Assembly: GCF_963921235.1 (NCBI RefSeq)
Contig: NC_086097.1
Coordinates: 11,718,001 to 11,782,000 of the forward strand
From: Mobula hypostoma
Taxonomy: Eukaryota
DNA: 64,000 nucleotides
Reading direction: 5' to 3'
In this document: in pieces, positions 13,508 through 24,487 of the stretch
Layout of the letters: each line of letters begins with the position of its first letter
How positions within the stretch are numbered: the stretch's first letter is position 1
Translations under genes and position numbers: made by a program
The notes under the pieces: model-generated
Told to the model about the DNA's origin: nothing
Databases searched by the model: none
The model's input: only the letters and a program-made list of their open reading frames with translations

Positions 13508-14390
13508 GTATCCCTGCAGATATGAAATGGTACCATAATTATGTGGAGAATTGGTATCTATGAAGATGTGAGAAGTGGTATTCATGTCAATATGGAGATG
13601 TATCCATGCAGATGTGGAAATGCTGTTTGATGTAGATATGCTGTGCATGTGGATGCGGAGAGTTGGTTTCCATGAAGACATGCTGGAAGTGGTGTCCATA
13701 TAAATGTGCTATCCATGAAGAAGCAGTAGAAATGGTATCCATGTAGCTGTGGAGATCTGGTATCCATGGAAGTGCGGAGAAGTTGGTATACATGAAGATC
13801 TGGACAACTGGTATCTTTGTATATGTGGAGAACTGGTATTCATGGTGATGGGGAGTAATGCTATCCATATAGTTGTAGTATGCACATAGATGTAGAGGTG
13901 GTAGCAACCAGAATATGGTGAATTTAGTATCCATATAGATGTGGAAATGAGGTATCCATGTAGATATGTTATCAATATAGTCAAGTCAAGTTTATTGTCA
14001 TTTAACTATATACATGTATATAACATATATAATCATATAATGGATATAGAAACGAGGGTCTGTAGATGTGAAAAGTGTTACCCATGTAGATATGGAGTAG
14101 TGCTATCCATGTAGATAGAAACAGAAACATAGAAAACCCACAGCACAATACAGACCCTTTGGCCCACAATGCTGTACCGAACGTCACAGCAGATCTGGAG
14201 AAGGTGAAATCCGTATGCCTATGGTGATGTGATGTCCATGGTGAACTGATATCCGTATAGATGTGGCATCCTTGTAGATTTGAAGAGGTTTTACCAGAGG
14301 AAACGTGGAGGAAGTTTTTTCTATGAGCATGTAGAGAAATTGTATCCATGTAGGTGTGAGAAGTGGTACCCGTGAGAATCTGAACAACTG
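13508..14390 (+). repeat. Degenerate 17/25-bp satellite, block 3 (with two short LINE-tail inserts near 13980-14058 and 14115-14185)
   Basis: Same unit resumes in phase after the Gypsy TSD. Confidence 0.85.
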
Positions 14391-15270
14391 GTGAAACAGC
14401 CCTTAGGGGATGATCATAATAAGATAGAATTCACCCTGGTTTGAGAAGGAAAGCCTAAAGTCAGATGTATCAGTGTTACAGTAAAGTAAAGGGAATTACA
14501 GAGGCATGAGAGAGGAGTTGGTTACAATTGATTGGATAAGAACACTGGCAGGGATGATGGTAGAGCAGCTATGGCTGGAATTTCTGGAAGCAATTTGGAA
14601 GGGAGCAGGATATATGAAGAGGAAGATGTATTCTAAAGAAAGGAGGACACAACTGTGGCTAACAAGCGAAGTCAAAGCCCACATAAAAGCCAAAGAGAGG
14701 GCATATAAAAGAGTAAAAACTAGTGGGAAGTTAGAGGATTGGGGAGCTTTTAAAAACCAACAGAAGGCAACTAAAAACATCATAAGGAAGGAAAAATTAG
14801 ACTTTGAAGGTAAGCTAACTAATAATATTAAAGGAGATACCAAAAGTTTTTTTCAGGTGCATATAATGTAAAAGAGAGGCAAGGATAGATATTGGATCAC
14901 TGGAAAATGAAGCTGGAGAGGTAGTAATGGGGGACAAGGAAATAGCAGATGAACTGAATCAGTATTTTGCACTTTAGTAGAAGAAATAAAAGTGTAGACT
15001 ATTTTCTAAATAGAGAAAGCAAATTCAAAAATCTGAGGCGCAAAGATTAAATTGCAAGCTGAGTCTGTGGTGAGGAGGGCAAATGCAAAGTTAGCATTCA
15101 TTTCAAGTGGACTAGAGTATAAAAGCAAGGATGTAATGTTGAGGCTTTCTAGCACACTGGTAAGATGTCTTTTGAAGTATTGTGAACAGTTTTTGGTCCC
15201 TTATCTTAGAATGGATGTGCTGACATAGGAAACAGTTCAAATTATGTTCACATAAATTATTCCAGGATTA
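14391..15270 (+). mobile_element. CR1 ORF2 fragment, deleted
   Basis: ORF 14506-14871 (WLTSEVKAHIKAKERAYK...NIKGDTKSFF) plus downstream ALVR..LKYCEQF remnant. Confidence 0.75.
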
Positions 15271-15439
15271 AATAGGCCCTGTGTTCACTATATTCTACGA
15301 TTCTCCTTCTCTTGTTTGCCGTCCATCTGTTCCGTGCACATGATTTTGTGTGTGTGTGTGTGTGTATATATGCATGAGTGCATGTGTGTGTGCATTCTGT
15401 GGGTGTACCTGTTTTCTGGATATCAAAGCCTTTCATATG

Positions 15440-15703
15440 TTTTTTATTTATTTTATTTAGAGATGCAGCATGGAACAGGCCTTTCTGGCCCACTGAGCTA
15501 TGCCACCCAGAAACCCACCAATTAACACTAGCCTAAACACAGACTAATTAATCTACAAACCAGTATGTTTTTGGACTGTGGGAGGAAACCGGAACACCTG
15601 GAGGAAACCCATGCATTCATGGGGAGGACATACAAACTCCTTACGGTAGGCACACTGATGCCCTGAAATGTAATAGTATCACACTAACTGTTTCGTTACC
15701 ATG
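15440..15703 (-). mobile_element. V-SINE (HE1-like) with CR1-type tail
   Basis: V-domain-like gggtttcctccaggtgttccggtttcctcccacagtccaaa on minus strand; tail gggccagaaaggcctgttccatgctg. Confidence 0.7.
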
Positions 15704-16717
15704 GTAAAACAGGTATCAAGGCAAGATATTTAATTGTGCTGATATAATTGAATATATTGTTGGTTCTTCTCAGGAATCAGAATTTCTCTCTATCTCCTTC
15801 CTTTAAACATGCATATTATTGCCATTGTCTTTATCTTAAGTTGATGCTGAAACTCAGCTTCCTACATAAATAGAAAGCTTGCAAGCTTGATCAAGGCCTT
15901 TAATACAGACCTAAATATAGAACCATTACAGAGTAAGGCTCTAGTTTCATTAGCTTCGTCATCTGATTGCTTTTATTTCTTTTTAGTTAAAGGGTTAGTT
16001 TGCAGATTGTTATTGTGCTCATTGATGTAAAATGCCAGGATTATGAGTGACTGGCCAATATCACTCTCTCTCTCTCTCATTCACTCACATAAAAGTAGAT
16101 GGTGTGGTAAATGAAACAATATTGTTAGGCCATAGGTGAGATAGTATCTTGATAGCGTGGTTAAGGAAACATATTTTCACAAGTGGCTAAGAACCCTCAG
16201 ACTGCCGGTGTAAAGAGCATAGTTCCCTTCATGGAGTATTCTGGAGTTATGTGAATATAGCAGATATTAATTCAAACAAAAACTGTTCTTCATATCTTAA
16301 TGTAAATTGTAAAATGCAGGCAGTAACTTGAAGTTAAAAGCACAACTTTGCAAATAACTAAGACTGTCCATGGAGCACAGGCTGGCCCACAGTCTAAGAG
16401 ATTATGGTTTGCAAAATGCTGACCATGAAACATTTGTATATGCATCAACCAAATGTTAAGACAATGGATTAAGGTAATTGGCCTGCAACAATCTAGGTAA
16501 CTATGGGCTTAATAATTTGCACCATTGTAAACGAGTTCAAGGAAGTTTGCAGAACAGACTGATACTATCATATCAATGACTTTGTCCCAGCAAAGCTATT
16601 TGAACATTCAGAGGTGTCTCTTACTGACAATATGTAATTCAGAGGCAGCATTGACAACATAAAGTGCTGAAGTAAACAATGTCATTGTAACTATTGAAAC
16701 TGTATTGAATCATCTAT

Positions 16718-16890
16718 TGCAACACATATAAAATGCTGGAGGAACTCAATAGATCGGGTAGTATCTTTGGAAAAGAATAAACAGTTGGCGTTTCGAGCTG
16801 AGACCCTTCACCAGGATGCTGCCTGGCCTGCTGAGTTCCTCCAGCATCTTGTGTATTGGTTTGGATAAATAGCATCTGCAAATTTTCTTA
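16718..16890. mobile_element. Penelope terminal fragments in inverted arrangement
   Basis: atgctggaggaactca (minus copy, with decayed hammerhead at 16782-16816) faces tgagttcctccagcat (plus copy). Confidence 0.7.
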
Positions 16891-17528
16891 TGCTTGTTGA
16901 ATATTCTACTGTTACATTTGATCCTAAGGGTATCAGAATGTGATGTACCTTTACCACCAATGTCTCCAAAACAATGCCTGCTAGTTGTGATGAATAATCA
17001 CTTCTATATCACCAACTTTAGTGTCTCTCCAGTGATTTTGATCACAGTCACAAAAGTTCACATCTATCCCAGTCTTCTTTTTTAATCTCTTAAATATAAA
17101 ATTGCCTTAGATGTTTTGAACCATACTTGCAGTTTCTAGAAGTCCTTTCGTAACTCTGTCTAAGTTTTAATCTGATTTGCTTTACAACACTTCTTAACGC
17201 CAAATATATCTTGTGACATAAAGTCAAAAGCACCTTGGGAGATTTTCCTGTGTGAAATGTGCTATATAAATTAACAGTTACTGAGTGATATCTGTGGGAA
17301 AATGAAAGACAATTCTTCTCACTGAGAGCCGTAATATTAGCAGAGAATCTCAATGTGCTGAGTCTTTTTCAATGCCCTAACCATGCTCCTAAGCTTTTGC
17401 TTCGGAAGGAGACTGATTTGTTTATTGATCACATGTACATTGAAGCGTACAGTGAAGTGTGTCATTTGTGTTAGTAACAAACACAACAAAATGATTTAAG
17501 GCAAATTTGTCTAGGCACATGACTAAGA

Positions 17529-17940
17529 GCGGGTGGCGGGGTTTAGATACGTCTCTACCAGAGGAGGTGTAAGGTTCTCCTTCCTTCTGGTAGCTTACAG
17601 GTCACCCTTGGGCAAGGTGTAGCACCTGCTTAGCCACTTCATCCCCCCCGCCAATCAGGGTCAAGTAAAGCCATGGGGGCAGGTGGTGGAGTACTTGGTG
17701 ACACAGGACAAGATAGGACACAGGATTTGTGATGAGCAGCTGGTGCGTATCACAAATCCTGGTTATGTGACCACTGACACCAGGCAGACAAACTCTGAAG
17801 AGTATTGATAATGGCTGGGGTCACCTGTCTTATAAAGACACTGCCCAGAAGAAGGCAATGGAAAAGCACCATAAAAAAAAATTGCCAAGAGCAATCATGG
17901 ACATGGAAAGACCATGATCGCCCACATCACCAGCACATAA
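17529..17940 (+). mobile_element. Non-autonomous RTE-related SINE-like element
   Basis: Contains the gaaggcaatgg(c)aaa.cac motif typical of RTE UTRs; second copy split at 42710-42841 and 44017-44260. Confidence 0.6.
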
Positions 17941-18819
17941 CAAACTAACATGGATGGAAGGGGTATTCAGGTCTATGGTCAGGGTGCAGATCGAAGGAAC
18001 TAGGCAGATTAATGGTTTGGCATGGACTAGATGGGCCAAAGGGCCAGTCTCTAAGCTGTTGTGTTCTATGACTCTATGGCATACACACCCACAATGCTCG
18101 GCGGAGCAACATAGAACAAAATAGATCACAAAAAGCAACAAAATAACAACAACAGCAAAATAAGCTCCTTTCTTTCGTCCACACACAGAGACAGTCCTCC
18201 AAGTCCAAAACAGGGCCTCCAATTTCCAATCTTTGGCAATCGGGCCTTGATGTCCAGACTTCTAATCGAACCTTTGGAGTTCAATCTTCAGTATTGACTG
18301 TCAGACTAGATGATGACAGGACCTTGAACTCTAGGCTGCAGACTCTTGGCTTGCCAAGTTACCAGATGTCGGGAATATTTAAAATTCATGAATGCCTCAT
18401 GGGTAATTTTCACATTGTAAGGTGATGTGTGATAGAGTACAGATGCTGGCCACTTACAATTAGATTATGGATAGAGGGTGAGAACGAATGAAAATTGTTC
18501 ATCCTAAAGTGAGCCCTGAGCTGTGCCAAATACAGTGAAAATCTTATTTTCAGTGGCAAGAATGTTTTATGTATTTTTGTTTATTTATTGAGAAACAGAG
18601 CAGAAAAGGTCTTTCCCTATCTTGACTGAAATATCAGCAGCCCTCCATCTCTGTGACTCTATTTCCATCACCAATGAGCTCTGAAAGGATCTGATGCTCT
18701 CAGCAACAGAGGATACATTTAATCCAGGCATAAAGGGCTAACTTTCAGTTACTGTCAAGAAAAAGTTTTGTCTAATGATCCCAAACTACATGAAGAAAGT
18801 TTGTCAGGAATCTACGCAG

Positions 18820-19225
18820 TCCATGTTTATCAAACTACTTACATATCTGGTCCCTTAGGCCACCCCACCTTCCAATAACTTTCCCACAACTGATGTCAGA
18901 ACTCACCAGCCTGTAATTTCCTGGTTTATGTTTAAAGCCCTTTCTTAACAGCAGAACAACATTGGCTATCCTCCAATCCTCTGGTACTTCTGTCATTAAG
19001 GATGATTCAAATATCTCTTCTAGGTCCTTGGCAATTGCTGCATTTGCCTCCTGTGGTGTCCGAGGAAACACCTTGTCAGGCCCTGGGGATTTACCCACAC
19101 TGATTTGCCTCAGTAAATCACCTTCTCCTCTGTAATCTGTACAGGGTCCATGAAGTTGATGGCAATTTGTCTCATTTCTATAGACTCTGCGTCCATCTCC
19201 TGAGTAAATACAGATGCAAAAACTC
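18820..19225 (-). mobile_element. CR1 ORF2 fragment
   Basis: KSPGPDKVFPR...VPEDWRIANVV...PGNYRLVS in ORF 18835-19281. Confidence 0.8.
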
Positions 19226-19291
19226 CAACAAAACTTCAAACAAAATAGAATCAGACAAACTGAACATGTGAGTTGAGACATCTATATAGAG

Positions 19292-19362
19292 CAGGGGTTC
19301 CCAACATTTGTTATGCCATGGACCAATGCAAGGGGCCGTGGACCCCAGGTTTGAAACCCCTG
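19292..19362. mobile_element. hAT (Charlie-type) MITE, 71 bp
   Basis: TIRs CAGGGGTTCCCAAC / GTTTGAAACCCCTG; 8-bp TSD atatagag/atctagag matching the NTCTAGAN Charlie target. Confidence 0.8.
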
Positions 19363-19714
19363 ATCTAGAGCATATCATGATAATTCAAATCCTCATGTTT
19401 TTCTGAAAACTGCTGCCCAGATGTTGGAAAAATATAAATGATGCAGGAAGTATAATTGCAATCACTAATATGAATCTAAGTCAATCATTTTCATGTTCAA
19501 GTTCAAGATTGTTTGTTGTCATTCTTCAGTACACATGTATAAAAGAGAAAATTATTGCTCCTTCAGATCCAATGCATTATTAAAAAAACACAATAAGCAA
19601 ATGGAACACAATAAAAAAAACACCATAAATATAAATATAACACCAATCCTAAAAATACATTGTACAAGTAAGTATTTTGCATGGGCATATATACAAATAT
19701 TTGCTTTTTTAAAT

Positions 19715-20607
19715 TAGTTATTCACTTATGGGATGTGGGCATTGCCAGCTAAGCCAGCATTTATTGCCCATCCCTAGTTGCCCTTGAGAAGGTGTTGATG
19801 AGCTGCCTTCTTGAACCGCTGCAGTCCCTGAGGTGTAGGTACACCCACAGTGCTGTTAGAGGGGGAATTCCATGATTTTGACCCAGTGACAATGAAGGAA
19901 CAGCGAGGTATTTCCAAGTCAGTATGGTGAGAGACTTGGAGGGGATTTCCACATGGTGGTTTCCTAAGGTATCTATTGTTCTCGTCCTAGATGGCAGTGG
20001 TTGGGTAGTCTGGAAGGTGCTGCCTTAGGAACTTTGGTGTGTTGTTGCAGTGCATCTTGTAGATAGTACCCACTGCTGCAACTATTCATTGATAGTGGAG
20101 GGATTGGATGCTTGTGGAAGGGGTACCAATCAAGAGGGCTGCCTTGTACTAGATGGTGTCAAACTTCTTGAGTGTTGTTAGAGCTGCCCTCATCCAGGTG
20201 AGTGGCAAATATTCCATTACACTTCTGACCTGAGCCTTGTAGACAGTGGACAGGCTTTGGGGTGTCAGGAGGTGAGTTACACGTTGCAGGATTCCTAGCC
20301 GTTGAACTGCTCTGGTAGCCACAGTGTTTATATCGCCAGACCAGTTCAGTTTCCTGTCAATGGTAACCCTCAGGATGTTGATAGTCGGGGATTCAGTGAT
20401 GTTGATGCCACTGAATGTCAAGGGACAACGGGTGGTCATTGCCTGGCACTTGCATGCTTGAATGCTACTTTGCACTTGTCAGTCCAAGCCTGGATATTGT
20501 CCAGGTCCTGCTAAATTTGGTATGAACTGCTTCACTATCTGAAGAGTCACAAATAGTGCAGAACATTGTGCAGTCATCTACAAACATCCTCACTTCTGAC
20601 CTCACTT
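19715..20607 (-). mobile_element. CR1/L2-group LINE 3' part (distinct family)
   Basis: MFVDDCT, ILRVTIDRKLNW, VYKAQVRSVMEY motifs; 3' end caagggcaactagggatgggcaataaatgctgg. Confidence 0.75.
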
Positions 20608-21052
20608 TATAGGAAGATGTATTGTATGTATATAAAGTGAATGTAACAGGTGCATGAATATCTGTATATAAGGTTACTGACAGGATCTGATAAAGTAACA
20701 AAGTGACTCTTGGAAAGTGGAACTTTTCTAGATAGCAGCAGGCCATATGAAAATGAAATAGGGCACTGTAAGTATGAGGTGAAATTTTGCACAAATTCCA
20801 CAGCTCAGAGAGCACTGCAAGGTTTTCCCTTAAATTCCTACCTGTTAAACCATGTTAATATTTTCAGTTCTTCTGTGATAAGATCTAACTGTTTCTGACT
20901 CATATTGTTCTTAAACCAACATTAGATGATCCATTAACATAATAAGGGCAAATTATGTAAGTTCTGACCTAAACTGATGATTCTCTCTGACAGAAAGTTT
21001 GGTTTCCGTTTACTCTACACCCTTTTCTACTGAATTAAATTGTGAGGGTAGC

Positions 21053-22856
21053 ATCAGAATCAAGTTTAATAACACTAAAATAGGGCATGAAATTTGTGGC
21101 TGCGGTACATTGCAATATGTAAAAAATAAATTATAAATTACCATATAGCCATATAACCATGTATCAATTACAGCACAGAAACAGGCCATCTCGGCCCTTC
21201 TAGTCCATGCCGAACTCTTACTCTCACCTAGTCCCACCGACCTGCACTCAGCCCATAACCCTCCATTCCTTTCCTGTCCATATAGCTATCCAATTTAACT
21301 TTAAATGACAACATCGATCCTGCCTCTAGCACTTCTGCTGGAAGCTCATTCCACACAGCTACCACTCTCTGAGTAAAGAAATTCCCCCTCATGTTACCCC
21401 TAAACTTTTGCCCTTTAACTCTCAACTCATGTCCTCTTGTTTGAATCTCCCCCACTCTCAATGGAAAAAGCCTATCCACATCAACTCTATCTACCCCCTC
21501 ATAATTTTAAATACCTCTATCAAATCCCCCCTCCAACCTTCTATGTTCCAAAGAATAAAGACCCAACTTGTTCAATCTTTCTCTGTAACTTAGGTGATGA
21601 AGCCCAGGTAACATTCTAGTAAATCTTCTCTGTACTCTCTCTATTTTGTTGACATCTTTCCTATAATTTGGTGACCAAAACTGTACACTATACTCCAAAT
21701 TTGGCCTCACCTATGCCTTGTACAATTGCAACATTACATTCCAACTCCTATACTCAATGCTCTGATTCATAAAGGCCAGCATACCAAAAGCTTTCTTCAC
21801 CACCCTATCCACATGAGATTCCACCTTCAGGGAACTAAGCATCATTATTCCTAGGTCCCTCTGTTCTACTGCATTCTTCAATGCCTTAACATTTACCATG
21901 TATTTCCTATTTTGATTAGTCCAACCAAAATATAGCACCTCACATTTATTAGCATTAAACTCCATCTGCCATCTTTCAGCCCATTCTTCTAACTGGCCTA
22001 AATCTCTCTGGAGGCTTTGAAAACCTACTTCATTATCCACAACTCCACCTGTCTTAGTATCATCTGCATACTTACTCATCCAATTTACCACCCATCATCC
22101 AGATCATTAATGTATGTGACAAACAACAATGGACCCAGTACAGATACTAGTCACCGGCCTCCAATCTGACAAACAGTTATCCACCGCTACTCTCTGGTGT
22201 CTCCCATCCAGCCACTGCAGAATCCATTTTACTACTTCAATATTAATACCTAATGATTGAACCTTCCTAACTAACCTTCCATGTGGAACCTTGTCAAAGG
22301 CCTTACTGAAGTCCATGTAGACAGCATCCACCACTTTACCCTCGTCGACTTTCCTAGTAACCTCTTCAAAAAATTCAGTAAGATTTATCAAACATGACCT
22401 TCCACGCACAAATCCATGTTGACTGTTCCTAATCAGATCCTGTCTATCCAGATAATTATATATACCATATCTAAGAATACTTTCCATCAATTTACCCACC
22501 ACTGATGTCAAAATATACAATCAATATAAATTACAATTAGAATAATTGAATTAAATAACTGTGCAAAAAAGTAAAAGAAAGTCGTACATGGGTTCAATGT
22601 CCAATGAGAAATCTAATGGTGGAGAGGAAGAAACTGTTTCTGAAATGTTGAGTGTGTTTTCAGGTTGCTGTATCTCCTCCTTGATGGTAGCAATGAGAAG
22701 CGGGCAGGTCCTGGGTTAACGATGGATGCCGCCTTTTTGAGGCATCGCTGTTTGAGGGTGTCCTCAATGCTGGTGTGGCTAGTACCCACGATGGAGCTGA
22801 CTGAGTTTGCAACCTTCTACATTTTTTCCAATCCTCTGCAGTGGCCCCTCCCTATC
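21053..22856 (-). mobile_element. Rex1/Babar-type 3' fragment interrupted by CR1
   Basis: Tail (gattct)n at 21053-21062 and body 22540-22856; tataaattac duplicated either side of the CR1 insert. Confidence 0.6.
21139..22511 (-). mobile_element. CR1 LINE 3' portion
   Basis: ORFs with SQHGFVRGRSCL, YMDFSKAFDKVPH, KYADDTK, RPNLEYSVQFW, FFTQRVV..WN; tandem tail. Confidence 0.9.
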
Positions 22857-23389
22857 AGATCTCTTGGGCATTGTCTATTTGTATGTATCTATATCTTGGA
22901 TGTTGTCTAACTGTGTCCAACTTACTTAACAGCTCTTACAGTCTTCAAAGCTACTTCACTTAGACTCAGTGTGGAAGGAGTTAAGAGTGTGAATGATGTT
23001 ATTCATTGTGTATCAGTAAATTGCACATTATTTTAGTTCTCCTTGTTATTATTAATAAACCCAATTTTATGTTCTCTTCAGTTATTTTCCCATCCTACTT
23101 AACACAGTAACTATCTTATGAGCAATTTAGTTGGCAAATGAGAGATTGTGATGAATCTTTTATTGATTCCATCCTTCTAAATGCATCATATTAAAAGATC
23201 TGTGTTGAACAAGATGGGGCAGGAGTGAGTGAGAGGCGATTACAATATGACGGCATTCCAAAGGATTGCAGTAATTTTTGAACTGTGAAAATGTAGTGTT
23301 AGAACAGAGCTCACTTTCAATCATCAATAGCTTGTAGAACATATTGATTTGTTGGATTGGGTCGACGGAAAGATGAAGCCTTAATTTCA

Positions 23390-24034
23390 AACACAAAATA
23401 ATCTACAGATGCTGGTGTGGCCTCCTCTACATCGGTGAAACCCGACGCAGATTGGGGGACCGCTTCGTCGAGCACCTCCGGTCCATCCGCCAGAACAGAC
23501 AGGATCTCCCAGTAGCCACCCACTTCAACTCTGCTTCCCACTCCCATCCAGATATGTCCATACATGGCCTCCTCTACTGCCATGATGAAGCTAAACTCAG
23601 GTTGGAAGAGCAACACCTCATATACCGTCTAGGTAGTATCCAGCCCCTTGGTATGAACATAGAATTCTCCAACTTCCGGTAATTCCCTCCCTCTCACTTC
23701 CCCTATCCCTATGTCACTCTGCCCCCTCCCCCAGCTGCCTATCACCTCCTTCATGGTTCCGCCTCCTACTACCCATTGTGTTTTCCCCTATTCTTTCTTC
23801 ACCTTTCCTGCCTATCACCTCCCTGCCTCCCTTCCCCCACTCCTTTATTTTTCCCCTTATTGGTTTTTCACCTGGAACCTACCAGCCTTCTCCTTCCCAC
23901 CCTCCCCCCACCTTCTTTATAGGGCCTCTTCCCCTTCCCCCTACAGTCCTGATGAAGGGTTCCGGCCCGAAACGTCGACCGATCTTTTCCACTGATGCTG
24001 CCCAACCTACTGAGTTCCTCCAGCATGTTGTGAG
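23390..24034 (+). mobile_element. Penelope-like element, 5'-truncated, with inverted terminal piece and 16-bp TSD
   Basis: GIY-YIG C-terminus ORF 23452-23682; TSD tgaagccttaatttca (23374-23389, 24035-24050). Confidence 0.9.
23944..23981 (+). ncRNA. Minimal type I hammerhead ribozyme motif
   Basis: cagtc-CTGATGA-a-ggg-ttccgg-ccc-GAAA-cg-TC-gaccg; intact core, one mismatch in stem I. Confidence 0.75.
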
Positions 24035-24060
24035 TGAAGCCTTAATTTCATCTGGATTTC

Positions 24061-24395
24061 CATAAGACCATAAGGCCATAAGATATAGGAGCAGAAATAG
24101 GCCATTTGGCCATTGACCCTTTTCCACCCTTTCATCATGGCTGAACCATTTTCCCTCTCAGCCCCAATCTCATGTCTTCTCCCCATATCACTTCATGCCC
24201 TGCCTAATCTATCAATCTCTGCCTAAAACATACATAAAGACCTGGCCTCCGCAGCTGCCTGTGGCAAATAATTCTACAGATTCACCACAGTCTGGCTAAA
24301 GAAATTCCTTCTCATCCCCATTCTAAAAGGGTACCCCTCTATTCTGAGGCTGTGTCCTCTGGTCCTAGAATCCCCCATCCTCTCCACATCCATTG
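24061..24395 (-). mobile_element. CR1 3' end fragment
   Basis: Tandem tail cataagaccataaggccataag and CR1 3' coding remnant. Confidence 0.7.
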
Positions 24396-24487
24396 AAATT
24401 TCACTGAAATGTACTGTATTCTCCGTTTCTATAGTATTCAACCAATCCCTCGCCTATAGAAAATGGATTTAACAAGTATACCGACAA

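Noticed and set aside
245..14387. Numerous His/Ile/Tyr-rich ORFs (HLHGYH, YMDTT, STWIP) on the minus strand
   Set aside because: They are translations of the satellite unit in different frames; no single long frame and no splice structure.
20673..20773. Possible host exon ending at a gtaagt donor
   Set aside because: Stops occur in all frames from the plausible acceptors and there are no supporting neighbouring exons; a non-coding exon cannot be excluded but is unsupported.
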